From Candidatus Thorarchaeota archaeon SMTZ1-45 (GTDB lineage: Archaea; Asgardarchaeota; Thorarchaeia; Thorarchaeales; Thorarchaeaceae), in assembly GCA_001563335.1 (NCBI GenBank), contig LRSL01000089.1:1-52185 (forward strand): a stretch of DNA of 52,185 nucleotides, in the 5' to 3' direction. The notes under the pieces were generated by a model. That model was not told the DNA's origin and ran no database searches. It saw only the letters and a list, made by a program, of their open reading frames with translations. A program made the position numbers and the translations under genes. Positions 1 to 10,128 of this stretch are shown here, in pieces (the first letter of the stretch is position 1; each line of letters starts with the position of its first letter).

Positions 1-2
1 CA

Positions 3-260
3 ATTGATGACTACCTTGACCGATTGACTCAACAAATTGTGGGCAAATTCAATCGAGCCAATTTGAATGACCTCCATATCTATGTCACCCATGACACAGT
101 GATTGCTGCATCACGAAGTATCTACTTAGACTATCCAGTCGATGAGGGACTTTCAGTTTCTTTTCTTGGCGGATATGGCATTGCAAAGACTGATAGCAAG
201 CTAGTGGGCTTTAAAGACGGAGAGGTAGTCAATATTACTAGAAACTTCCCACTCCATTGA
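3..260 (+). CDS. C-terminal part of a probable histidine phosphatase family protein (5' partial)
   Basis: Frame is open from the window edge. IYVTHDTVIAA resembles the second conserved His motif of histidine phosphatases. Confidence 0.5.
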   Translation: MDDYLDRLTQQIVGKFNRANLNDLHIYVTHDTVIAASRSIYLDYPVDEGLSVSFLGGYGIAKTDSKLVGFKDGEVVNITRNFPLH

Positions 261-291
261 GATGACAGATCTTCACTCTGCATTATCTTGT

Positions 292-1317
292 TTAATCTCC
301 CATTTTGTCTTCATAGAAGATGTTGGGATGATATGGATAAGGCCACTCAGGAGCATTATCCAAAATACTCTCAATCTCTTCAAGCGTGTTCTTTGAGAGG
401 CTCACATCAGAAGCTCTAACATTTTCAATCACGTGTTCAGGCTTTGTAGCACCTACCAGTGCTGTTGAAACCTCAGGGCGTCTAAGAACCCAAGCTAGCG
501 CCAGCTGTCCAGTAGTGATATCGAGTGAAGATGCAATCTCTCCAAGTTTTCTTACCTTTGATATATTCTCCTCAGTGAGATATTTGTTCATTATCTGAGA
601 TGTGGCTCCCCGACTACCTTCTGGCACACCATCATTGTATTTTCCCGTAAGAAGACCCTGTGCCAGTGGACTAAAAACTGTAAACCCCATACCATGAGTC
701 TTTCCCACTGCTAAGATCTCTAGCTCAATGAAGCGGGAGAGCATATTGTATAGGGGCTGTTCAACGATCGTGTATAGGGGCTGTTCAACGATCGGTCTGT
801 GCGCACCAGACTCCTTTGCCACTGCATTCACTCGTTCAAGCTGAGCTGCGGTCCATGCGGAGGTTCCCCAGTACAATACCTTTCCAGCTTTGATGAGGTC
901 ATCCATCGCCATAATGGTTTCTCTCACAGGTGTCGTGTAATCGTATCTGTGCAGAAAGTATATGTCAATATGGTCCAGATTCAAGCGCTCCAAGGTGCCA
1001 TCAATAGCATTCATGATGTTCTTTCTGTTGTTACCCCAATCAGTAATCTCCTCACTTGTAGGCCAGAAGACCTTACTTGATATTACCAAATTCCTTCTAC
1101 TGACGTTCTCATCCCTAAGAAACTGAGCTATGACCTCCTCAGCTTTGCCTCCTGCATAGATCTCTGCAGAGTCGATAAAATTGACCCCGTTGTCCAGCGC
1201 TGTGGCCATGCACTTTTTGGCCACCTCATTGTCAACAGTCCCACCATAAGTCAACCAAGAACCAAGTGAAATCTCACTGATTTTCAGACCACTTTTTCCA
1301 ACCTTTCGATATCTCAA
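292..1317 (-). CDS. Aldo/keto reductase (Kv-beta/YghZ-like)
   Basis: Motifs YRKVGKSGLKISEISLGSW, DSAEIY, DIYFLHR and FSPLAQGLLTGKY. TTG start with an AGGAGA SD-like sequence upstream. Confidence 0.93.
   Translation of the reverse strand: MRYRKVGKSGLKISEISLGSWLTYGGTVDNEVAKKCMATALDNGVNFIDSAEIYAGGKAEEVIAQFLRDENVSRRNLVISSKVFWPTSEEITDWGNNRKNIMNAIDGTLERLNLDHIDIYFLHRYDYTTPVRETIMAMDDLIKAGKVLYWGTSAWTAAQLERVNAVAKESGAHRPIVEQPLYTIVEQPLYNMLSRFIELEILAVGKTHGMGFTVFSPLAQGLLTGKYNDGVPEGSRGATSQIMNKYLTEENISKVRKLGEIASSLDITTGQLALAWVLRRPEVSTALVGATKPEHVIENVRASDVSLSKNTLEEIESILDNAPEWPYPYHPNIFYEDKMGD
747..794. repeat. Perfect 24-bp tandem duplication inside the AKR gene
   Basis: TGTATAGGGGCTGTTCAACGATCG occurs at 747-770 and 771-794, giving PIVEQPLY-TIVEQPLY. 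Confidence 0.95.
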
Positions 1318-1414
1318 AAGAACATCTCCTTATTCTTCTCTCTTATTTATTTTAACAATAGTTAATATTATTATGTGTTTGGTTTCAGTACAAGACCGTT
1401 TTTAGCTGTGAAAA

Positions 1415-1428
1415 TATCACTAGTGATA
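1415..1428. promoter_or_regulatory. Perfect 14-bp palindrome, candidate operator of the PadR-like regulator
   Basis: TATCACTAGTGATA lies in the divergent intergenic region about 30 bp upstream of the PadR ORF. Confidence 0.5.
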
Positions 1429-1457
1429 CATTCGAATGACATAAAGGTTAGTCCTCC

Positions 1458-2234
1458 TTGAATCAAAGCATGCTTGGCCCTTTCCGTAGAATGATAGAAG
1501 TCTTTCAAGAGAAAGAAGCGACTACTCCTGAAAAAGCTCTTACATGGAAGGATCTAGGTTTTCCTACTGAGTTTGAAGTGTTTTCTTCACAGTTACCTCC
1601 AGATGAATCTCCCATAGTACGTGTTGGTAACAAGTATTACTTGTCTGAAAAGCGTTTGACAGAATTGAGGAAGAGGAGAAATGAGCTATTTAGCCCTCTG
1701 AGAAAGTGGATTAAACATACCGCGAAAGTACCAAAGGGATTTCTTCGATATCAGGTGCTCTATAAATTGAAGGAACGTCCAATGTCTGGTTCAGAACTTA
1801 CAGCAGCAATCGAAGAGGACCTAGGTGGTTTCTGGAAACCTAAACCTGGCTCCATGTATCCTTTGCTGAAGAGTCTTTTCAGAGATGGGCTTACAAGAGA
1901 AATACCTGATGAAGATGGGCGAACTCGAAGATATGAATTGACTCCAAAAGGATTAGAGTTCATTGAGAATGAAATCGAAAGGAGCAGTGAACTTCGCGAG
2001 AAGATAAGCCAAGTTCTTTTCCCATCTGCCTCTTTCTCTCCATTCATGGACAGTCCTGAAAAGATACCACCTGCTCTTCAGAATCTTTTCCCAACTCTTC
2101 TGAGCTTGCGTATCCTACTAATGAGCAACCCCTCTCCGATAATACTTGAAGAGATTGCCAAAGCTGCTGAGCGTTTCATTCTTGAGCTAGAAAAAATTCG
2201 AAAAAAGTATGAGCCCTCAGACTCAACCAACTAG
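1458..2234 (+). CDS. PadR family transcriptional regulator with an extra N-terminal domain
   Basis: GFLRYQVLYKLKERPMSGSEL...WKPKPGSMYPLL...RRYELTPKG is the PadR winged-helix signature. Confidence 0.88.
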   Translation: MNQSMLGPFRRMIEVFQEKEATTPEKALTWKDLGFPTEFEVFSSQLPPDESPIVRVGNKYYLSEKRLTELRKRRNELFSPLRKWIKHTAKVPKGFLRYQVLYKLKERPMSGSELTAAIEEDLGGFWKPKPGSMYPLLKSLFRDGLTREIPDEDGRTRRYELTPKGLEFIENEIERSSELREKISQVLFPSASFSPFMDSPEKIPPALQNLFPTLLSLRILLMSNPSPIILEEIAKAAERFILELEKIRKKYEPSDSTN

Positions 2235-2301
2235 ACTTCTTCTACACCTTGTAATGATGCGTATGTGAAAAATGATATACCCTGCATCCAATCTATAACT
2301 C

Positions 2302-3033
2302 ATGGCGTGTGATCGTTTGAAGAGCTCTGTAGATCGATTGCAAATTATTCGTTCAGGAACAACAATGCGTGATCCTGAAGTCTGGAAACTAGGGTTTAAT
2401 GGTCCTGAAATACGAGCATTGGAACAAGATCTTGGTGTGCTGAACTTAGCAACTGTCATTCTTGTGGAATCTGATGGGCTAAATATTCTGATTGACACAA
2501 GTTGGGAGGGCACGAGTGATGAAACAGTAGTGCCTATCGAGCAGAACAGGTTAGTCATGGAACTGAATTACTTTGGTGTTAAACCTGAAGATATTGATGA
2601 GATCTTTATTACCCACTGGCACTGGGACCACTGGGAGAACATCTACCTTTTCCCGCAAGCTCGTGTTTACTTTGCTGGTTGCCCGTCAAACTTTGTAAAA
2701 AAGAATCTAGGTATGATTTCAGCAGATAATGAGATTCTCAAACTCAATGAGAATGACGATTGGCACTCTGGACTGGAGATACTAAAAACAGATGGGCATT
2801 CAGACCACGACCACTCTTTGGTTATTCAATACAAGAATAAAACGTTCGTCGCAGCAGGTGACGCAATAGTTTCCAAGATGTATTACCACACTGATACATT
2901 CTTCCCAAATGATCGAGTAACTGACTTTCAAGAAGAACTTCAAGCCTCATTCAGGAAAATTGTCAACCGAGCAGACTTTATCATCCCAGGTCATGATGGT
3001 CCCTTTGTCAACTACAAAAAAGGGCAATATTAG
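2302..3033 (+). CDS. MBL-fold metallo-hydrolase
   Basis: THWHWDH (HxHxDH), GHS, AGDA and IIPGHD motifs. Start uncertain. Confidence 0.88.
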   Translation: MACDRLKSSVDRLQIIRSGTTMRDPEVWKLGFNGPEIRALEQDLGVLNLATVILVESDGLNILIDTSWEGTSDETVVPIEQNRLVMELNYFGVKPEDIDEIFITHWHWDHWENIYLFPQARVYFAGCPSNFVKKNLGMISADNEILKLNENDDWHSGLEILKTDGHSDHDHSLVIQYKNKTFVAAGDAIVSKMYYHTDTFFPNDRVTDFQEELQASFRKIVNRADFIIPGHDGPFVNYKKGQY

Positions 3034-3140
3034 AAGACCTCTTGCTGGTATGAAAAGTTGTAACAAAATTAGCCATCGCTCTTAAAATTAAACCTTTTAA
3101 GTAAGCCAAGTATCGGCATTCTTAACCTCTTTGAAGTGAG

Positions 3141-3494
3141 TTGTTACAGTTGTCCAAACAAGAAACGGAATCCGACACGGATAGAGAAAGCAGAAGTCTA
3201 AGGGACGAGCTATTAGGTCGGTTTGAACGTGATGAACTCGGCCTGAAACACCGAGAGATATCGGTCATGACCAGGCTGAGTACGGATATTGTCGAGATTC
3301 TAGACGCGTTGGTCGAACTGGAGATATTCAAGAGTCGGTCGGAAGTGGTAGCATCATTTGTTGAGAAAGCAATAATGGACCGCAAAAGTGTCTTTGACTC
3401 CATATCAAAGCAGGCAAGTGATATTACAAAGAAACGAGAGGCGGCAAAGCATCTGGCATTTCAAGCGATTCAATCCAAGAGCGAATCCGACTAA
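3141..3494 (+). CDS. Ribbon-helix-helix (CopG/MetJ-like) DNA-binding protein
   Basis: ISVMTRLSTDIVEILDALVELEIFKSRSEVVASFV matches the RHH pattern (strand, LD.LV, SRSE). Confidence 0.7.
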   Translation: MLQLSKQETESDTDRESRSLRDELLGRFERDELGLKHREISVMTRLSTDIVEILDALVELEIFKSRSEVVASFVEKAIMDRKSVFDSISKQASDITKKREAAKHLAFQAIQSKSESD

Positions 3495-3495
3495 A

Positions 3496-5046
3496 TCAAA
3501 AGATGTCTGTATAGCAATCGTTCGGGTAGTAATTCGCCGCCTCCTTATCGTGGTTAGGATACCAAACTTGTGCGAAGAAGGGGTTTCTCTTTGCAATCTC
3601 GTCATCATTCCACGGAGGCGCAAGACACTCTGGACACCAATGACCAGTCTTTAACACAAGATAGGGCGTTCCTTCGAACCTGTGATTGAATGCACATTTC
3701 CACATCAGATGGGTATACATGTCATTGTCCCATTGAGTAGAGAGAAGTTCCCCTCCACGGAAGTGGGCTGCTCCCTGAAGGTCACTTATTTCAAGAGAAT
3801 CCTTGGACTCGTCATATCCATGATCCAATCTGATCCACTCTGGTCTAAGATTGGGCATGTCTTGGTCATCCCAGTCACCAATGGCCTCGTATCTCTCATA
3901 GGACCCATAGAATGCAGATATTCTCCTATCGTTCCTGTTCTCATACCAATAGAGCGTGCCGTCTTTTCCTGAGACCATCTCTTTCATCCTTTTGTAGGCC
4001 ATTTTGCGAATGAAAGAACGTATGCCTGGTATCCTGTTCAGAAACGCAGCTACCCTCAGCACGAATGGGCGATTCTTCATCACTTGGTCATAATGGTCCT
4101 CCAGTGACTCTCCCCAATTGTGTATGTACTTGTTGAGAATCCAGCTATCCTCAAAATAATGGCAATGGAAATTCCTAAGAGCAAACCATTTTCGCTCCAT
4201 GATTTTCCGATAGTTTCCCATGCCAAGCATCATCATCATTCTTTCAACATATTCAATAAAGACGACTCTGCAGCTTGGGCCACCACCCATGTTGTAGACA
4301 CGACGCCAAAAATCTGAATCTTCAGGAACATCCAGACAGGTCACAAGTCCTCTTCCAGCATCAAAACATGTGTTCAGCTCGATACATGTGTCTATTGGCT
4401 GATGGAACATAATTGGGTCCATCAGGCTCATGGCATCTGGAATGGCGATGTATGTCTGTCTAAGAGACGCCCAATACTTTAATCCTGAATCAATAACAGC
4501 TCGTTCTCCTCGAATCTTGCATGTCGCATAGAAATCAAACACACTTGGTTTCAGGGGGTCTCCAACTCGACCCATATGGATGGACTGCAAGCGGTCACCA
4601 GTTTCTGCCACTGAGCCAACATAGACGAACTTGATGTGGTCCTGTCCCCCCACCTCATAGATGGCTTTGATTACGTGTTCAATTGCCCTTGTATTGACAG
4701 CCTCAGACATCTCTGGATTGTGATCTGCAGCAGGGGCAATGAATGCCATAGGAGAGAGAATCCAATCAACACCACGTACAGACTCAAGGACGTCTGAATA
4801 TTCTGTGGCATCACCCCAGACTATCTTGAAACCTTCCCCCTCCATGACACCATTTCCAGGTATACCAACCAATCCACATTGTCGTTCATAAGGGGCAAAA
4901 AGTTTCTTGTTCTTTTCAGAAGGTCGTAGCAAGAGAACGATGTTGTATTTCCGCTGACCATTTTCATCTATGCGAGTCCAGAGCTCCTTGAATGCAACAA
5001 AACCCATAGACCCAGATGCACCAAGTAACAAAACAATCTCTTTCAT
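3496..5046 (-). CDS. NAD-dependent epimerase/dehydratase (extended SDR) with a C-terminal zinc-ribbon
   Basis: LLGASGSMG Rossmann motif and YATCK (YxxxK). C-terminal WKCAFNH...HWCPEC. An alternative ATG is at 5073. Confidence 0.82.
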   Translation of the reverse strand: MKEIVLLLGASGSMGFVAFKELWTRIDENGQRKYNIVLLLRPSEKNKKLFAPYERQCGLVGIPGNGVMEGEGFKIVWGDATEYSDVLESVRGVDWILSPMAFIAPAADHNPEMSEAVNTRAIEHVIKAIYEVGGQDHIKFVYVGSVAETGDRLQSIHMGRVGDPLKPSVFDFYATCKIRGERAVIDSGLKYWASLRQTYIAIPDAMSLMDPIMFHQPIDTCIELNTCFDAGRGLVTCLDVPEDSDFWRRVYNMGGGPSCRVVFIEYVERMMMMLGMGNYRKIMERKWFALRNFHCHYFEDSWILNKYIHNWGESLEDHYDQVMKNRPFVLRVAAFLNRIPGIRSFIRKMAYKRMKEMVSGKDGTLYWYENRNDRRISAFYGSYERYEAIGDWDDQDMPNLRPEWIRLDHGYDESKDSLEISDLQGAAHFRGGELLSTQWDNDMYTHLMWKCAFNHRFEGTPYLVLKTGHWCPECLAPPWNDDEIAKRNPFFAQVWYPNHDKEAANYYPNDCYTDIF

Positions 5047-5106
5047 GGTGGCGCCTCTGAGATGAGTGCCCATCAGAGGGATATATTATGATATTGTTGA
5101 GGAATC

Positions 5107-5487
5107 TTACCCGTGTAAATCCGAGGGTTCCCATAATTCGATCTTGTTCCCCTCAGGATCCATAAACCATGCAAACTTACCCTCAGGTGTTTCTTGAACT
5201 CCCTTCTCATCCACCTCAACGCCTCTTGATTTCAAATCTGCAACTATCTCCTCAATGTCACTCACAACAAAGTTAATCATCCAGGTCGAGTCGCTTGGGC
5301 TGAAGTATTTCGTGTCTTCGGGAAATGGTCCCCACAGAGTATAGCCTGGTGCCTTCAGGTCTTTCCATTTGAAGTAGACATACCCCTCCTCATCGGGTTT
5401 CAAACCTAGATTCTCTTCGTACCATTTCTGAAGTTTCGTTTTGTTATTTGACTTGAAGAAGACTCCTCCAATTCCTCTCACTGTCAT
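5107..5487 (-). CDS. VOC/glyoxalase family protein
   Basis: VRGIGGVFFK, MINFVV and GKFAWFMDPEGNKIELWEP motifs. Confidence 0.92.
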   Translation of the reverse strand: MTVRGIGGVFFKSNNKTKLQKWYEENLGLKPDEEGYVYFKWKDLKAPGYTLWGPFPEDTKYFSPSDSTWMINFVVSDIEEIVADLKSRGVEVDEKGVQETPEGKFAWFMDPEGNKIELWEPSDLHG

Positions 5488-5553
5488 TGTTCATTTCACT
5501 GACTTCCACGATATGACCAATCTATATGTTAGTTCAGGTATGGAAGGATTTCA

Positions 5554-7131
5554 TCAACTTCTTTTTCGCAGACTATATCCAATGATTAGCAAAACAACCA
5601 CAACAACAACAACAGTGATCAAAATCTCAAGTAGTATTGGACTTCCTAATGATACAGGTGGAGGAGAAAAAATCCAAACCATTGTGTCACTCATACCTCC
5701 ACCGTACTCATCTTGAACTGCTCTAAGTGTTGGAAGGTCATCCGAGCTTGTATATCCAATAACCGCAATGTTACCACCAGCAATAGACATGCCCAACACA
5801 TAGTCATTCATCTGACCTCCAAAATAACTACCAAATGCAACACTTGGCGTTTCTCCTCTAATGAGAGCGATATACCCATCAGTACCACCACTACAGTTCT
5901 GTTGAAACGGGTTTACTGTGGGCATATCAGTGGATGCAGTCGGCATTGTAATTAATATTGCATCACCTGGAAGAACCTCCATTGCATATGAGCGATCTTC
6001 AAGATTGCCTCCAAGGTAACTTGACAAAAGAAGACTATCACCGTTTCCACTCAGTTTTGCGAAGAATGCATCATATGCCGCAGTGTTATTCTGTAGTTGG
6101 TTTTCTAGTGGAAAATCTGAAGATCCTGTGTATCCTGACACGACGATATTGTTACTGGAATCGAAGCCTACCTGGTCCCCAAACTCCCAACCATTCCCTC
6201 CCAACAATGATGACCAATAAAGGGATGAGCAATCCGATGTGAACTTGGCTACAAAACAGTCCGTTAGCCCACCACCGTAGGTCTGCTGGTATGCAGAGTC
6301 AGTTGCTACTGCATCTCCATTAGTCATTCCAACAATTACCAGGTCGCCGGTTGCATCAATACCAACAGCCCATGCATCATCGGCTGTTGTGTTACCAAAG
6401 AAAGTTGATGAAATAATGGAATGATTTTCACTGCCCATCGATGTGATGAAGACATCAGAGTTTCCGCCTCCAAAGCTCTCTTGATAGGCACCCGGACTTG
6501 TGAAGAAGTCAGCTGACTCAGTGGACCCAACGATTACATAGTTCCCATTAAAATCAAGGACAATGTCCTCTATGCGATCAGATTCATTGCCACCAAAATA
6601 TGTCGAGAAAATAAGAGTCCCATTACTACTGAATTTCGCCAGAAATGCATCAGAGGGTCCGTTCAACTCTTCCTGGATTGGGTTCAAGACTGTGAGATTG
6701 TCTGAACTTGTACCTCCAGCAACGATGATATATCCGTAAGCATCAACTAACAGTGCCATTGGCTCTTCAAGTCCACTCCCACCAAAGTAAGTATAGAACT
6801 CAACCTGGTACTGAGGATTCAACTTCACAATGAATGCATCTCCTCCTCCTCTGTATTCCTCTTGATGTGCGTTGACAACCGGAAGTCCAGATGACCTAGT
6901 CATACCGGTCAGTACAAAGCTACCATCAGTACAACAGTAAATATCATTTGACCACTCCTCGCCATCTCCACCAAAATAGGAACAAAATAGTACATCTAGC
7001 CCCTTAGTAGCTATTACCTCCTCCAAAGAAATGCTAGTCTGAGCTACGTACTGTCCTCGACCTGTTTCAATCAAAACAACTCCTGAAATGAATATAAGAA
7101 AGACTGCGAGAGTCATCAAACGCATTACCAA
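5554..7131 (-). CDS. SBBP-type beta-propeller repeat surface protein with signal peptide and C-terminal TM anchor
   Basis: Repeated STYFGG..D...I.D..G...V.G.T.S.D...DAF..K blades. Hydrophobic N-terminus, and a C-terminal hydrophobic helix followed by RKRS. Confidence 0.88.
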   Translation of the reverse strand: MVMRLMTLAVFLIFISGVVLIETGRGQYVAQTSISLEEVIATKGLDVLFCSYFGGDGEEWSNDIYCCTDGSFVLTGMTRSSGLPVVNAHQEEYRGGGDAFIVKLNPQYQVEFYTYFGGSGLEEPMALLVDAYGYIIVAGGTSSDNLTVLNPIQEELNGPSDAFLAKFSSNGTLIFSTYFGGNESDRIEDIVLDFNGNYVIVGSTESADFFTSPGAYQESFGGGNSDVFITSMGSENHSIISSTFFGNTTADDAWAVGIDATGDLVIVGMTNGDAVATDSAYQQTYGGGLTDCFVAKFTSDCSSLYWSSLLGGNGWEFGDQVGFDSSNNIVVSGYTGSSDFPLENQLQNNTAAYDAFFAKLSGNGDSLLLSSYLGGNLEDRSYAMEVLPGDAILITMPTASTDMPTVNPFQQNCSGGTDGYIALIRGETPSVAFGSYFGGQMNDYVLGMSIAGGNIAVIGYTSSDDLPTLRAVQDEYGGGMSDTMVWIFSPPPVSLGSPILLEILITVVVVVVVLLIIGYSLRKRS

Positions 7132-7252
7132 ACCTCCTTACTACAAGTTGACACGTTTTAACCTGAATAAGAGGGAAATGTTCACAGCATGCGCCCATCC
7201 ATCAAATCTGCCCGGCAGAAATCACATATGTTGTCGATGGTGAGTCTGAATC

Positions 7253-7984
7253 ATGCCAGCATCATGGGATGAAGTAGCATATGACTACCACAAGACTGTA
7301 GGTGAAACCGGGGATTCATACCATCGGACCTATGTCAATCCAGTAATTTTTGATATTCTAGGAAACATCAATGGATTAATAGTACTTGATCTTGCCTGTG
7401 GTCAGGGCTATCTTTCAAGAATACTCGCCCGCAAGGGAGCAAGGGTTGTTGGTATTGACATATCAGAAAAGATGCTTGAGATTGCTCAGAATTCCGAAAA
7501 AGCTGAACCTTTGGGCGTGAAATATATTCGATGCAATTCAGGGGATATGTCAGAGATTGCTGACGAATCCATTGACTGCATTGTTTCCACCTTTGGATTT
7601 CATGACATCAAAGAGATTGGCGCAACAATCGAGGAGTGCAGTCGTGTTCTCAAGAGTGGAGGAAAACTAGTATTTGCAATCCCACATCCCTTCACCTATG
7701 CACGACGAGTACAAGATGAGGAGGGCTACTATCTTCAGATTCGAGATTATATGTCAATCAAAGAAATCCCTCATCCCAAATACAAAGATACTGAAGTTGT
7801 AGCTTACCATCGACCCCTCTCCTATTACTTTGAGAGACTTTTCTCTGTTGGAATGCAGATAGTCGCTTTTAGAGAAGTTACAGCTGAGTTATCCAGGGGT
7901 CGACCAATCAAAGATAAACAACTTCTTGCGTACAAAAGGGAGATTCCAGGATTCCTCGTTGTAGGTCTGGTAAAAGTCATGTAG
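7253..7984 (+). CDS. Class I SAM-dependent methyltransferase
   Basis: VLDLACGQG, VVGIDISEKML and RVLKSGG motifs. Confidence 0.92.
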   Translation: MPASWDEVAYDYHKTVGETGDSYHRTYVNPVIFDILGNINGLIVLDLACGQGYLSRILARKGARVVGIDISEKMLEIAQNSEKAEPLGVKYIRCNSGDMSEIADESIDCIVSTFGFHDIKEIGATIEECSRVLKSGGKLVFAIPHPFTYARRVQDEEGYYLQIRDYMSIKEIPHPKYKDTEVVAYHRPLSYYFERLFSVGMQIVAFREVTAELSRGRPIKDKQLLAYKREIPGFLVVGLVKVM

Positions 7985-7995
7985 AGAATAGACTC

Positions 7996-8922
7996 TCAAG
8001 AAAAATGAGATAGTGGTTGACTTGCTGCTAGTCTTACAGGTTCTTCATCCCACTCACCAAAGTTCTGAGCAGCGAGTTTCAAATATCCAACTGAGTTTGG
8101 ATCTAGTCCAACATGCGAGGTGACAACAGCATCCAGCTCGAGAGTGTCATCACAACTCCATAGAACACCAGGATTTGTGAAGACTTGAGGTTCTAATGTC
8201 ATTCCGCTTGATGCACTATGAACTGCCTCCACAACTCCCCTAGTCTTGAACAGCGACCGATAGATCTTGTTCATGTCAATGATACTGGAATTCATTGCCT
8301 TGTTCATCTCTCCATGGAATTCTCCTCGATCCGGTCCTGGAATCATACCAAAGAGATTCTTTAGAGTCAAAGAGATGACAATATCCTCTCCCATGAATTT
8401 GAGCTTTGCAAGATTGAGAAGCGTTCCATCACTCATGTCGTATAACCGCTGAGGTACAAATGATGCCATCTTCTTCGTGAATAACGGTGCGTACGAATCC
8501 TCTACAATTCTTTGGATGGTTTCTTGTTCTACTACCCGACCTGCCCAGATCTCCTCTGTGATATTGATATACTCTACATCATGTTTTTCCAAGACCTTGT
8601 CAATTCCAGAGTATCGTAGAAACCATTTGTCAGAGTTGCGTAAAGCATCGCGGTCGAATGACCCGTACTTCTTCTGCTCTACTGCCTCTCTGCATCTGGC
8701 CCATCCATAGCTCTCAACGACGATAGCATCACCATCAATTGCAGTGAGTGTCCAATCTAAGACTGTCGCCTCAGTGAAGATGACAGAGAACCCCCAGTTT
8801 GGTTTAATGACCACAGGGGGTGTTAGGTCGAGGTCCTTGATGACCTCAATGAACGACTCTCTTTGAGTCCGATCCTGGAATGTAACGCGCCCGAATGTCC
8901 GAATACTGTCTTGCTGCATCAT
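7996..8922 (-). CDS. DUF362 domain protein
   Basis: VVIKPN, NLAKLK, SLTLKNLFGMIP and ELDAV...GLDP..VGYL motifs. Confidence 0.8.
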   Translation of the reverse strand: MMQQDSIRTFGRVTFQDRTQRESFIEVIKDLDLTPPVVIKPNWGFSVIFTEATVLDWTLTAIDGDAIVVESYGWARCREAVEQKKYGSFDRDALRNSDKWFLRYSGIDKVLEKHDVEYINITEEIWAGRVVEQETIQRIVEDSYAPLFTKKMASFVPQRLYDMSDGTLLNLAKLKFMGEDIVISLTLKNLFGMIPGPDRGEFHGEMNKAMNSSIIDMNKIYRSLFKTRGVVEAVHSASSGMTLEPQVFTNPGVLWSCDDTLELDAVVTSHVGLDPNSVGYLKLAAQNFGEWDEEPVRLAASQPLSHFS

Positions 8923-9030
8923 AGAAGTGGACCATGTGGATTCGGTAAAGTAGTATTCACTCGGAGATTTTGAGAGTTAGAAATGTTGATAGTCGGGGGT
9001 GTCCAGTTAGTAAAGCAAGGAGGATTCTAA

Positions 9031-9252
9031 ATGACCTGCTATTTTAGACACATAAACGAGCTTTTTGCTGAGCTTGGTGTCGTGGTGACGCCAGCGAATA
9101 AACGGGACATTGACAAAGTGATACACAAGCTTGTTGGAGTGGACTACAAAAACTGTTCTGCTGCTTGGAAGACGATTAAGAAGCAAAGAGATGAAGACGC
9201 CTCGAGGTTCATGAAATCTCTTGATGGAGTGCTTCAAAAATTTAAGGAGTGA
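9031..9252 (+). CDS. Small conserved hypothetical protein (MTCYF family), paralog of 21696..21929
   Basis: ATG preceded by GGAGG. Clear similarity to the 21696 ORF. Confidence 0.8.
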   Translation: MTCYFRHINELFAELGVVVTPANKRDIDKVIHKLVGVDYKNCSAAWKTIKKQRDEDASRFMKSLDGVLQKFKE

Positions 9253-9255
9253 ATC

Positions 9256-10086
9256 TCAGCGGTTCTGCAATATCCAATCTATTGCAAAATCAATCAGTTC
9301 CCTCATAGGCAATAACCTAGAATCTGCCTGACCTACTTTGGTGATCTCATAACCAATCGACTTCTCAAAGGCTGCTCCCAACTCTTTGAAATCATCTGAA
9401 TTATACTTGACCTCTTCCCATGAGACCCATTTTCTCTCTCCCCCTTGAATGATGGCTGCACCTGTAATCTGCTTGGGAGTCTCTGGAGTAATGATCTTAC
9501 TCTCGGCATAATGTAGTGCAGTGTTGGACTCGTGGTCCGCACCGAGAAGCAATATTTTACTCCCAAGTCTATAGAGGACTCCCCATGGGGATTTATCTCC
9601 ATATGAGTCTGTCAAATCATGCACTTTCACTATTCTCTTTGCATGCTTTCCCCATGCAGTACAAGAAACCTGAGGATGATTACTGCGAAGAACTCCTGGC
9701 ATTGTTCTGAACAGTTCTGGTACCCGACCAATATTTCTCAGAGGTGTGATAGTGGGGCGAAAAGGTGGCATCTCCCTTCGGATGGTTTCCCACCACTTTT
9801 CTGGGACTGGAGGAAAATTCCAATTTCTGGGATCGGAATTTCCGGTGCTGTGTGCTTGCATGACGATAGTACCCCTCTCTGACACAGCTTCCATCAGAGC
9901 TTCGATGACAGTGACTTGGTCCCCCACTACCCATCCAATCTTACTCATGGAGCTGTGTACAGACAAAATGTCCCCAGGTTGGACTCCGATTGCCTTCAGG
10001 TCGTGGACCAATTGTTTCTTTGTGATTGGCGATGGAGTGCTGTCCACAACAAGCTTTTCCTTCTCCCAGCGAGCCATGTTTCTCAC
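9256..10086 (-). CDS. Aminoglycoside N3-acetyltransferase (AAC(3)/YokD-like) family protein
   Basis: GDILSVHSSMS, RSNHPQVS, KILLLG and NTALHYAE motifs. Confidence 0.9.
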   Translation of the reverse strand: MRNMARWEKEKLVVDSTPSPITKKQLVHDLKAIGVQPGDILSVHSSMSKIGWVVGDQVTVIEALMEAVSERGTIVMQAHSTGNSDPRNWNFPPVPEKWWETIRREMPPFRPTITPLRNIGRVPELFRTMPGVLRSNHPQVSCTAWGKHAKRIVKVHDLTDSYGDKSPWGVLYRLGSKILLLGADHESNTALHYAESKIITPETPKQITGAAIIQGGERKWVSWEEVKYNSDDFKELGAAFEKSIGYEITKVGQADSRLLPMRELIDFAIDWILQNR

Positions 10087-10128
10087 AGACTACAAATGGG
10101 ACAATCTCATATTCAAAACTGTTGATGA

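Noticed and set aside
5595-5615. (ACA)n microsatellite
   Set aside because: Explained by poly-Val codons of the TM anchor on the minus strand.
9256-10086. Acquired antibiotic-resistance island
   Set aside because: The YokD-like AAC(3) family is widespread and chromosomal. No integrase, IS or other resistance cassette lies nearby.
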